A DNA stretch of 64,000 bases from Oopsacas minuta. Its lineage: Eukaryota; Animalia; Porifera. A program made the translations under genes and the position numbers. The notes beneath the pieces were generated by a model that ran no database searches, had not been told where the DNA came from, and saw only the letters and a list, made by a program, of their open reading frames with translations. The stretch covers positions 161,555 through 225,554 of the forward strand of contig JAKMXF010000339.1 of NCBI GenBank assembly GCA_024704765.1, given 5' to 3'. Of the stretch, positions 14,874 to 25,999 are shown piece by piece. The stretch's first letter is position 1. The number at the start of each line of letters is the position of its first letter.

Positions 14874-15560
14874 GTGTCAATTGTGAGCACAAAAATTTTG
14901 TGCGATGGTCAAAATATTCCACTTCTTGGAGATCATGACAATTCTACTGATCTGGAGAAAGATAACAATGAAAATCATGGAGACTTCCGTGTTCTTTTAC
15001 AATTCAGAGTCGAAGCAGGAGATTCAGTCCTCAGTAATCACTTACCACAGCAGCTAAAAATGCAACTTACACATCTTCTAACATCCAGAATCAATTGATT
15101 GATATCATTGCTAACAAACTAAGAAACAAGTTTCTTAAGAATATTTCAGAAATCCCAACGACTTCCAGTGATTTCTGATGAGATCACTGACATATCTAAT
15201 AAAGAGCAGTTGAGCCTAGTACTGAGGTATGTAGATCCTGAGAATCTGTTAGTTCGGGAGGAACTGATGAGTTTCTTGGAATGTGATACTACTTGGATCA
15301 CTGGCCGTTGCCTTTCGGATAAGATATTGGGCTGTTTGAACGATTATGGATTGGATATTCCCTAGCTAAGAGGTTAGGCGTACGATGGAGCTGGTAACGT
15401 GGCGGGATCAATAAAAGGAACAGCAGCACGTATTAATAAGAAGTACCCTCTTGCACTTTATCTTCGCTGTGCCTCTTACTCTCTTAATCTCGCTGTGGTG
15501 AAGTCTCTACAAGTCACCAGTGTTCGTAATATGATGGGTGTAGAGGATAGAGTATCAGCA
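14874..15560 (+). mobile_element. Decayed hAT transposase fragment (THAP12/PRKRIR-like, DUF4371 region)
   Basis: QNIPLLGDHD...NHGDFRVLLQFRVEAGD, SDEITDISNKEQLSLVLRYVD, AYDGAGNVAG and YLRCASYSLNLAVVK. Confidence 0.75.
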
Positions 15561-15695
15561 TAGTTCCACCGAAGAGTATCATGTCTTTATGAGAGGTAGC
15601 CAAATGATTTCTCCCAGGTTCTTATTTCTAGACCTTCCTGATATTATTCTAAATTTCAGATAGTGAGTCAAATATTCTACTTTGATTAGCCCAGA

Positions 15696-16250
15696 TTATA
15701 TTATATGTAACTTGTTTATACAAAATAATATTGTAAGGGGAGTTATATATGATATAATGGAATCATTACAGGGACATCGCAAGGATTTTCGACCTAGAGG
15801 GCAATAAATTACCAGGGGGTCCATAGTTACCAGAGGGTAGGACGAGGTGCAAGGTGTTTTCATGGGTTTAGCAGGAGGCATAGTCAGTGGTGGATCTATA
15901 GATTTTTAGTTGGGTATAACTATCCAGCTGGGCCGTGGGGTCGTGTGGCTTTGAATCTGGTTCGCAACAAGTTCTTGATGATGGTCTATGCGCGTCGTAT
16001 ACAATCAGTAAGGCCGCGGAGGGAAACCATCTCAAGAAATTTTGTTTGGTTTGCAATTGGTCCAGAAAGTTGACATTTTTCTGGTCTCTTCGACTAATAG
16101 TGTAGAACTCGGAAAATATTGGACTGCCGGGTACCCAGTCACATTTAGCACGATTGCACTGTAGCTGGGGTCTGGGAGCGCTTTAAGTCTTCCAGTGGAA
16201 TATTAGAGTCGTGACGTAGTCCTTGGACAACCAGCAATATATGCAACCAC
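15696..16250 (-). repeat. Decayed coding-like block of unknown origin upstream of the NHL gene (copy A; copy B at ~41065-41620)
   Basis: A GC-richer block present twice, each time ~0.6 kb upstream of an NHL gene. Minus-strand frame reads LKALPDPxYSAxVLNVTG...HQELVANQIQSHTTPRPSWIVIPN...MPPAKPMKTP in both copies. Confidence 0.55.
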
Positions 16251-16764
16251 ATTAATTATTTTTCTATTGTTTCGTTGGTTAGAAATTGATACAATTTCTC
16301 ATAACTGTGTAAACATAATTGGTTTGGTATATTTGGCCATTTACTATATAAGAAAAGATGGATACATTTGCTTAGGATAATACTAGAGATTATATAATAT
16401 TGTGGGAAAATTGCGAGCGAAGCGAGCCGAAATGTTACAGTCTGCCAATCGAGCCAAAGGGATGACATCTATGCCTCCCCGTTGCCACGTCTCTGGAGTT
16501 GCTTAGTAAAGGGAAGGAATCGCATATGAGAAATCCCTCGTGGGAATAGCCCTAGGAATTCGGTGTTAAAGGAAATCAAATGTATATCTCATTTCAAAAC
16601 TTAAGTGTCTTTATGCATTGCTTGGAGGACTAATTAGGACGGACAGGCCGAATATTTGGCTACAGAGCTAGTTTGCCCTAAAAAATACTTTGACAATTAC
16701 ATACATATGAATGTCAGAGCATAGCAGAATATACTGTATTCTATGTAAATTCATTTAGTTATAT

Positions 16765-16893
16765 AAATTTGATATCTCTCTGTATAGGTCTCTGTATTGA
16801 TTTGTATTTATAGTTAGAGCTCATTACTTATAGTCAAATAGATAAGTTATATTATTTGAATTGTTTCATTATTCTATTTACAGAACTGAACTA
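16765..16893 (+). promoter_or_regulatory. Near-invariant ~130-bp leader (promoter/5'UTR or small intron + acceptor) shared by all short NHL paralogs
   Basis: aaatttgatatctctctgtataggtctctgtattgatttg...tctatttacagaactgaactaATG precedes every short NHL copy. Function is inferred. Confidence 0.55.
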
Positions 16894-17756
16894 ATGGCTA
16901 CAGCTAATACTTTAGAGAGAATATTCTCTGTAGACTATAAGAGCAAGATACAACCTATAGTCAGTGTTTGTAAATTGGGAAAGGGGCTAGAAAATCTCCG
17001 CGGACCTAGAGGAGTAGCTATTGATAATTCTACTGGAGATATCTATGTAGCAGATTACGAGAATAGTTGTGTTAAAGTATTCGATTGTAATGGTAAGATT
17101 ATGTTAAAATTTGGGGATGAGGATGGAGAAGGAAAGATGTTTTGTCCAGTTGGGTTAGCTATATGTAGAAATAGAATTCTAATTTCACAAAGTAGCGACT
17201 GTATTCTTAATTATCAAGTGAATGGAGAGTTTATTTCTAGAATAGGGATACCTGGGGAAAGAGAATTGGAATTTGATTTTCCTCCTGGTCTGACATTCGA
17301 TGAATCTAACGGAGAGGTATATATATGTGATTCAAATAATGATCGTATTCAGATACTGTCCAAAGAACTTACCTACAAGACAGAGTTTGGGTCAGATCAC
17401 CTCAATTTTCCTCTTGATGTTAATCTTACAAAAGAATTCATTTATATTCTTGATCTATCTGATCTTTGTCTTCATTTGTACAACTACAATCTTATTCTAC
17501 ATAAGAGTATTATCTCTGGAGGATATGAATCAGAGCTGATTACTCCATATTTCTTCTGTATTGACAATTCTAAAATATTCTTATTGCTGATTATTCTAAT
17601 ATCTCTTCTTCTTGCTCTATTTCTATATTCAACTCTCAATTTGATTTGATATACAAGATATCTATAGATTATCCTTCCGGTATTACAGTAGATCACAGAG
17701 GAAGAGTTATTGTAGTTTGTCCAGGAGGTGGACGACCTCGTCTCAGTATATTTTGA
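16894..17756 (+). pseudogene. Short NHL-repeat paralog 3, frameshift in the last third
   Basis: 1-nt deletion near 17570 (tctaa-aatatt versus tctaacaatatt). The normal C-terminus (GITVDHRGRVIVVCPGG..RLSIF*) continues in another frame to TGA 17754-17756. Confidence 0.85.
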
Positions 17757-18944
17757 TAATTATTCTATTTTACAGTATACTTACACTTGTTTATGTTTCC
17801 TTTCTAGAATAACTCATTTGTTACACTTCATTAAAGCTAAACTATTTCCTATAACACTTGGTGAAAAGTTGGCTCCCGCGCCCGTATTATGTATACAGCG
17901 GTTGCCATCAATTTATCTCAAGTTTGACTCTTCTAATGTACTATTTTCGTAACATTCTCATGAGTTATACTTCAAACGCACGACTGAAGATGCTTTAAGG
18001 ATTAACAATGTAATATTGATCTAATATTCCCGTATTTATCACAATGTAATATTTATCTTATTGTGAACTTAGTACAAGTTTAGTAGCCCAGAATATATCC
18101 AATAATTTCATAAACCCATTTTTATCCTAGGTTGAAAGTCTGAGAGGATTAGTACTGATGTTAGAGATGACCACCATGATGGTTTTCCATTTGTTCATTC
18201 TTAGAGCAAAATTTATGAAACAACTAGTACATTCTTCAGAACTATTTCTCCATTCATGACTTGCACGTATTCTGATTTACTATTTAACATCTTAACAGTC
18301 CTCTCAGTTTGAAATTTCTCAACACAACCCTGAATCATCGATTTACAGCGCACATTTTTGATATCGAATCTATGCAACAATTCTTGTTTAATTGCCTTGA
18401 AGGATAACGTTTCAAAAATCACTGAATGCACGAAGACCTCTACAGAATACTCTATTACTTCGAATTTGGATTATGTACCTTATCTTTCAATAGTATTATT
18501 CTTATGTTTGACTGATGGTTTCAAGGTATCCCTGAATGTAGACGGTTCCGTTTTTGGTCCTCTGTTTGATTGATAATATAATGTCATGATTATATTCTAG
18601 ATGAAGCTGTCTCTCGTTTTGTGTTCACTCATACACAGTTTTCATATATCTGGGTTGAATATTTCGAGAAAACTTATTCTTATATATATATTGGCTTACA
18701 TATGAATATGTGTATCTCCTCCAACCTTAATCCCACCATACACAGTCAAATTGTTGCATGAAAACGCAATATAACATTGTTGTGCCGTGTATATTGCCTT
18801 GTCGTATAGAACAAATTTGCATCAAATATTTTGATTTCTCAAATTATATTCAAATTTTCCTTATTAAGATACTTAGAAGGTAGAATTTCATCGTCTCACC
18901 GGTCACTCAAGGATGATCAAATTTTGCTGATATTTGGAAGTACT

Positions 18945-21090
18945 CAGGGGTGTAGTGCTCAAATTTATGGTGGGGGAGCGCTTATACAAGAATATATCCC
19001 GAAAAATTGGTCCAACAAAGTTTTTTGTTTTTTAACGAAACATGTTTGTAATCCACATTATGAGTAATATACACTAAAAATATTCACAAATAATGTTGTC
19101 CTTCTTCTGTGCAAATGTTTTATCTTTCCAACTTCGACACACCGTAGCAGAATTATAATGTCTTACCCATGTTTAGTATATTCTGTGGGATTCCATATTG
19201 ATAAAGGAGGAACATAAATTTGGATGAACATCAACGAGGAAACATGTTTTATTGGTAATCTTCTGTTGCGTTTCTCATCTAAAATGATATTCATCAGGCT
19301 AAGCCGTGCGCTCACATCCCGATAAGCTACAGGAAATAACATCAATACATCTTGAGTCCCAAATCCTCATAGTAATCACATAATGCAGTAATTATCTTAT
19401 TTCAGATAATTAATCCAAACCGGTCACATAAAAGTTTGACTTCTCTTTCTCCATACCCAGGAGTGTGTTCAACAGGGCAACATTCTGGTGATAATACTTC
19501 CAGATTCTTTATTATAGATGAGTCATCTGCCACAGTTTCTTGAATAAACAAGCCTGCATAAACTTGATCAAAGTGCTAAGAAAATTGACTGTATTAATGT
19601 TAATAATAGATGCATTCGGTATGAGAGTTGTTAGATTGAATTATAAATTCCTACTAGCACATTCTGCCTATAGTGATCTCGTGCCTTCATTCTCGATCAA
19701 GTTTTCTAGACGTCGAATTGTTCTGCAAATCATTTTATCACATAAATAATTGTAGTGGTACGATGTTGTAATTCAGAAAGAGCTGATAACTAATAGAGAG
19801 TATCATACATTAGACCCAGATCGACAAGAAATCAGGTGTTCGAATTATTTGCAACATTCCATTTAGTATCGCTCTTTCAGTAGAACTTCTCTCAGGATCT
19901 TAAGATGCAACATCGAAATGTTTACATTGAGATTGGTAATGGACCAGACAGCTTTTACTGTCCGGAAAGAACTGGCAACCCACCTTGTATCAAGCATTCG
20001 TCCAATTTTTGTGGCTTGTTCACAGACAGACGATGAACATTCTCTCAATTCTCTTTGATTCTTTGGTGGGCGTGAATATCAAGTATATAATTTATAAAAT
20101 AATTTGAAGTGATTTGATAAAATTAATCTCTAAATTGCTTCAGATACAGATAACCTAGACGATGGTTTAAGCAGTGCCAGAGAATGATATTTGGATATTT
20201 TATCGTAGATGCTCGCACCAGCAGAAGCAAATCCGTAACCCTCCATACAATTCAGTAGAGTACCTAGGATGGTTGAGGCATCCTGCTTTGCCAGTTCAAT
20301 GAGATCCCACAACATGAATTTCGGATTTTCTAACTTTGAAGTTTCGCACTATTGATAAACTACTAGTGAAGAAATATTTGATAACGTCTTTGATTTATCA
20401 ATAATTAACACAATTTTCCCTTCAATTTCCTGTGTACGGGAACAAATCTTAAGTCTCATTTGGAACTTTATGTAATCAATGATTTCTGTTGCAGAATAGC
20501 GGGAACTAAATCGGGATGATCTGTATACGGTCAATTATTCTTGGCAAGATAGTAAGTTGTTTGAATAATTCGCTTAGTATCCTCTAATTGTAAATGTTTC
20601 AAAATGTCTGTGTGCGTTTTAATACAGGACTTTTCTACATTTAGAATACTTTCTTCTGAAATTGTGTGTGCGTGAGAAGTTTTGTGTCGAACAATTTTGT
20701 TACGTAATGATTTCAATCTTGCTTCTTTTGTATCACCATAATAGTTAACAAGATCTTTAGACAATTCTGTAGTGATATAAACACCTCTTCTCTTATGCAA
20801 GGATAGACAAGACACTTTCTGGCATATTCAACACCCCAGAGTGCCAGCTTTGCAAAGTATACATTGGTAATCCTTTTGTTTACTTTTACACATATCGGCA
20901 GACCAAATATCTGGAATTCTAATCTCGTCAGAATCACTGCAAGAAGAGGCTATCGTAATAATAGCAAGCCCAGTCTCAGTGCTGTGAGAGCTTACTTCAA
21001 TAATATAATCTTCTTCAGATTGTGAATTATCTAGAGTTCTTCGAAGGCGCTTTGTAGGAGGAGATTGATCAAAGTAAATCTAACAGAAAT
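18945..21090 (-). mobile_element. Decayed hAT element, KIAA1586-like transposase
   Basis: Fragments include LDTRWVASSFRTVKAVW, HKTSHAH, LIIDKS.TLSN.S.LVVY and the dimerisation-domain tail SLMNIILDEKRNR...HVSSLMFI..PPLSIWNP. Terminal sequence caggggtgtagtg at 18945. Confidence 0.8.
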
Positions 21091-21454
21091 AGGTAATAGG
21101 AATTTTCCAATTATACAAAGAGAAAGTAGACAAAAATGGTTTCAGTACATTATAAAGAGTCAGCAAGCCATTCTTGCCAAACGATTCTATATTAAATAAT
21201 CGTCTAAAAGCCTCAGTATTGAATTCTAGCTCCTTTTACTACTCTTTTCCACATCCCTGAGTAAGTTGAAAAATAATGAAATAATCTTTTATGGAATTTC
21301 ACATTACTGTATGTGTAAGGGGCCATTAATTATTGAAAGACAATATAGTAAAGCCAATTGCACTGTTGTTATAATGGTCCAGAATATGCTAAATTCCCAC
21401 ACTGTTGATACGATCACATGGCCAAAACAGTGCAGTGCGATATTAAATACTTCA

Positions 21455-21507
21455 AATAGGCAGAAACTAGCATCAAGTTTTGTGCCTGATGCTAGTTTCT
21501 GCCTATT
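21455..21507. other. Perfect 21-bp-stem hairpin upstream of the Rep relic (candidate degenerate RCR origin)
   Basis: aataggcagaaactagcatca-agttttgtgcc-tgatgctagtttctgcctatt. The hairpin is seen directly; the origin role is inference. Confidence 0.6.
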
Positions 21508-21630
21508 GGAATAAACTCTGTCCGAAAATGGTATGATTCATCCGACAGAGTATATATGGTTGTATATTTTTCATTCTTTACAGAAATTCATCAGCTCGGA
21601 CTATAGCTGTCTTATGATACTCTGACTGTC

Positions 21631-22333
21631 TGCAGGAACCTGTCTCCCCTGTCACATCCATCCCGCCATTGACTATACTCAAATGGGCTCGTAGTATGAT
21701 CAGTGGGAAAATCCCCCACCAGTTACAAAATCACAAGAAGAATTCCCCTCGCCGTCCAAACTCCAAAGAAAGCCGATATATAAATATATATATATCAGGG
21801 ACTCGTCGCGGATAATTCTATTTTGATCCCATCTGGGAGCAGCCAGAAAAGTATGAGTTCATATATTCAAAGTCAAAGCCATTCAGCCCAATCCCAAGTG
21901 TTGTATATGTGTGGCTTCACATGACTTGGAAAAACTCCTACAACTCTTCGTGGATTCGGACAATCCTTCTACAAGAAACCTCCTGGAGACAGCTGTTTTG
22001 AAGGGTACTCGTTCGAACGAGTTCATATATTTGATGAGTTCATTGGGCAGTACTAATGGAACAACTGTTCGATCCAAGTCCGCCACTTCACGAAGCTAAG
22101 GGTGGTAATCTCCCTAATGCAGCATCGCACTATATCGTTTTGTCGAACCACTCCCTCGACGTACAGTGACACCAGATCCAGGTGAAAAACCACAGGAACG
22201 GGAGGCATACCGCAGACGTATAACTTCCTCCCATCACTTAAACCCCACTTCTAATTCTCCAGGAACTACTACAGTTATTCGTAACAAGACTACAGAATTT
22301 GTTACTGGTTTTATTTCTAATATTGATAATTGA
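21631..22333 (+). pseudogene. rep: Endogenous CRESS-DNA virus (circovirus-like) Rep relic, copy 1
   Basis: CHI..AIDYTQ..S.YDQWENPP (motif III region), Walker A GFT*LGKT (21913-21936), YKKPPGDSCFEGY, Walker B VHIFDEF (22021-22041), EAKGG, motif C IVLSN (22134-22148), Arg finger EAYRRRIT (22202-22225). Stops and frameshifts are present. Confidence 0.85.
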
Positions 22334-22880
22334 CCTTTAATTACATTTGTATTTTCCCATGAGTTGACATTTCTAATTGTTATGCGAGCAAAGGGAAGCG
22401 AAATTTAACAGTTTGCACATTGTGCCAAGGGGATAACCGGGGGCACGAGATCTTGCCAAGGGGGATATAGCCCACTATACCCCCCGTGGAGACGTCCCTC
22501 GGGTTGACTTAGGAATGAGACGGAATCTTATGGATATCTTGTGGGAAATAGGAACGATTCTCATGTGAGAGATCCCATGCGGGGAAATCCAAAGAATTCC
22601 CATAGAGAATTATGTGCTAATGAGAATCAATAAGTAATTCCAATTTCAAACCTTAAGTGGCTCTATGTATCCCATGGAAGGACAAGTTAGGACTACCATA
22701 TCAAATATGAATATAAGAATAGAGGAATATACTAAATTCATTTAGTTGTATAAATTTGATATCTCTCTGTATAGGTCTCTGTATTGATTTGTATTTATAG
22801 TTAGAGCTCATTACTTATAGTCAAATAGATAAGTTATATTATTTGAATTGTTTCATTATTCTAGTTACAGAACTGAACTA

Positions 22881-23726
22881 ATGGCTACAGCTAATACTTT
22901 AGAGAGAATATTCTCTGTAGACTATAAGAGCAAGATACAACCTATAGTCAGTGTTTGTAATTGGGGAAGGGGATTAGAAGATCTTAATAATCCACAAGGA
23001 GTGACTATTGATAATTCTACAGGCGATATCTATGTAGCAGATTGTCGGAATAATTGTGTGAAAGTATTCGAAAATAATGGTCAGATTATGTTTAAATTTG
23101 GAGATGAGGAAGGAGAGGGAAAGATGTATCATCCAAATGGGTTAGCTATATTTGGAAATAGAATTCTAATTACACATCAAAGCTGCATTCTCAATTATCA
23201 AGTTAATGGGAAATTTACTTCTAGAATTGGGAAGCCTGGGAAAGGAGAATTGGAATTTTATGATCCTAGTGGTCTGACATTTGATGAATCTAACGGAGAG
23301 GTATACATATGTGATTATAATAATCATCGTATTCAGATACTGTCCAAAGAACTTACCTACAAGACACAGTTTGGACAAGATAACCTCAAATCTCCTCTTG
23401 ATGTTAAGCTTACAAAAGAATTCATTTATATTCTTGATCTATCTAATCCTTGTCTTCATCTGTACGGCTATAATCTTATTCTAAATAAAAGTTTGATATC
23501 CAGAGGATATGGATTACAGCTGATGTATCCATATTACTTCTATATCGACAATTCGAACAATACTCTTATTACAGATTATTATTTTAACTCTATTTCAATT
23601 TTCAACTCTCAATTTGAATTGATACACAAGATTTCTATTGCTTATCCTTCTGGTATTACAGTAGATAACAAAGGAAGAGTTATTGTAGTCTGTAGAGGCA
23701 AGCAAACTCATCTCGATATATTTTGA
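22881..23726 (+). CDS. Short NHL-repeat beta-propeller protein, paralog 4 (281 aa from ATG)
   Basis: Intact single-exon ORF with repeated PxGx(T/A)xD...xYxxD..NxRIQ NHL blades. Confidence 0.88.
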   Translation: MATANTLERIFSVDYKSKIQPIVSVCNWGRGLEDLNNPQGVTIDNSTGDIYVADCRNNCVKVFENNGQIMFKFGDEEGEGKMYHPNGLAIFGNRILITHQSCILNYQVNGKFTSRIGKPGKGELEFYDPSGLTFDESNGEVYICDYNNHRIQILSKELTYKTQFGQDNLKSPLDVKLTKEFIYILDLSNPCLHLYGYNLILNKSLISRGYGLQLMYPYYFYIDNSNNTLITDYYFNSISIFNSQFELIHKISIAYPSGITVDNKGRVIVVCRGKQTHLDIF

Positions 23727-25999
23727 TAATTTTTCTATTTTACAGTATACTTACAGTTGTTTATGTTTTCTTTTTTGGAATAACTCATTTGTTACATTTG
23801 TACAAATTATACTCTTCCCATATTATATATTATATTTCTGATTTTGCTATTAACTTCAAATTGCTAATCTAAAACCGCGATACGATATTCCCCATAATTC
23901 AGATAAGCAAAAACCACGTAAGAGCTCCATTGTTACCACAGAGGGCCGTTAAATGAAATTTGGAATGACCATGGATATTAACAAATTCACAAAAATTTAC
24001 CTCAAGGCACGTAGTACTAAGTATGTCCAGTCGCTTAGATACCCAAAAGCACTGACAAATGTAGTTGTTTCATACATTTGTTAAAATATGGGGAAATTTC
24101 GGGTATACTTCTGCCCTAGCAAGCGAAGCACGCTAGTATCCAATTATAACCCAATAATTTTTGAAATTCTTATCAAATCAGTATAACCAATTTGTAGTAA
24201 ATACCCGATTTCCTATACCCCCGGAATAATATCACTATTTGCATTAATTGCATAGTTCTGTTGCCCTATTAAGCGGAGTATATTGTATAATCACACAACT
24301 GACAAATGGTACGTATTTTACCACATATTTCTCTGTTTATAAATCAGATGACGTCATCTCGACCCGACATAAGTTTGATCATTTAGCTAGTATTTAATAT
24401 TCATTATCATTAATACATCTATTCGAGTCAAAATGTACCAATTATAACTTTTAGAGATTAATAGAATTGGTTACCAAATACAGAGCATTAACGCTCCTCA
24501 ATTGTTGGAGCCAGAGTTGGAATCGGGTCCACATTTCAGAACCCAACCGACACAAACCCGAAGTGTAAATAGGTGTAGATATTAACTGAATTCCCTCTAA
24601 AATATATGTTTTGTTGACATTTTAACTAATACGAGCATTTTGGCTCGTCGCTTCGCAATGAACTCGGCACATTCTGCCCTCTAGATATCCATTATTCTCC
24701 AAATTGACGGCCCCTTTGAGTAACATAATATAGAATATAGATACATTTAGAACAATACAATTCATGAATATACGAATATTGCATGTATATTATTGGATTA
24801 TTTTGTAAGATCAAACCTCTTTTGCAGCCATTGAGACAAGTATCTACGTAAAATTTTGAAATTTTGCTAGTTTGTTTACTTTATATTGATAAAAACAACA
24901 ATAAATTTACATATGATTAATCCAAAAGTGTGAAAATCGCAATCAGCATGTTCAATATATTTAGTGAAGTTTCATTGAATTCTATTTACTTACTTGATAA
25001 ACACGATAAATACATAGTTATGTGACAATGTCGAAATTGGATGCCGTAAATCCTTTCCTTAACAACAGACAAACAACAATAGAGATTTAATTATATTGAT
25101 TAGACAAACAATAATATAATTCCAAAATAGAATTCAATCATTGAATTTCTAAATTACGCACAAAATTCGAATTGATCAACTTCGACTCCGATTCTAAATC
25201 ACAATCTGAACCAGAACCCGATTCAAACTCTGGTTGGAGTGCGCTCCCATCTCCGCTCCTTACTCAGAAAAGGAGCGGACTCGACTCGAACCCGCTTAAG
25301 TCAAAATGGACCGTGCTCCAATTCATTCTTTCAGATTTACATTAGATTTGCATTTGAAGTAATTAGGAATTAATTTAACAATTGTAGATTCAGGAAATTG
25401 CTAATTGTGTAAACTCAAACCATTTTAATAAATTGTAGATTATACAAAAGTGTCTTATCATCATATTTGTATAGCAAAAATACTAAAGTTAATACAGAAT
25501 AACGATAAAATTTGTAAATTGTTTGCAATTGAATAGAAGCGCTTCACTTTCCTCTCCTGAATCATAAATCAAGCGTGTTACTGTAATGCCCTGTGTGCAA
25601 TAAATGCAGCAAAAATACTATACAAAAAAGGTAATATTAGGTCAAAGTTGAATTGTTAATCCTTAAAGTATCTCCAGTAGTAATTTGGGGCGTTTGTGGG
25701 TCCTACTTCTATCCTGGAAACGTTTTATAAGAAATACATTAACTTTAATGATAAGCGTCCTCATCACATTTCCTTTTTTTTGGCAAAACAACACAGTGCA
25801 TCTCCCTAAAGGAGAGTAACGTGAATCGCAAGGTAGAAATTGAAGGATAGTCCGGGCTTATGGCTTATTGGCATCCTCTGAAGTCTAAACAAAGAGGAAT
25901 AATACAAAATATGAAATAGTACAATTTGTTCAAATACAACAACTGATAATTCTAAAGGGAACATGAATGATTGAATGATTATTAGTAAAATGGAAATTA

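Noticed and set aside
15696-16250. TGA-as-Trp (alternative genetic code) in the unknown block
   Set aside because: One of the two shared stop positions is TGA in copy A but TAA in copy B, and copy A has another TAA, so it is simply decayed.
16861-16893. TTG-initiated N-terminal extension MFHYSIYRTEL given by the ORF track
   Set aside because: It uses a bacterial-style start. In a eukaryote the first ATG (MATANT...) or a splice acceptor (tctatttacag) is more plausible.
18213-18431. Possible Tc1/mariner N-terminal HTH fragment (IKQELLHRF...VEKFQTERTV)
   Set aside because: Too short and degenerate to call; no TIRs or catalytic domain found.
22333-22760. Capsid gene convergent with Rep
   Set aside because: No Arg-rich N-terminus or credible long ORF on either strand between Rep and the NHL leader.
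21455-23726. Rep/origin-driven rolling-circle amplification of the NHL genes
   Set aside because: The duplicated units extend well beyond the hairpin into the hAT relic, copy 3 lacks the hairpin, and all Rep copies are disabled. Unit boundaries do not coincide with the putative origin.
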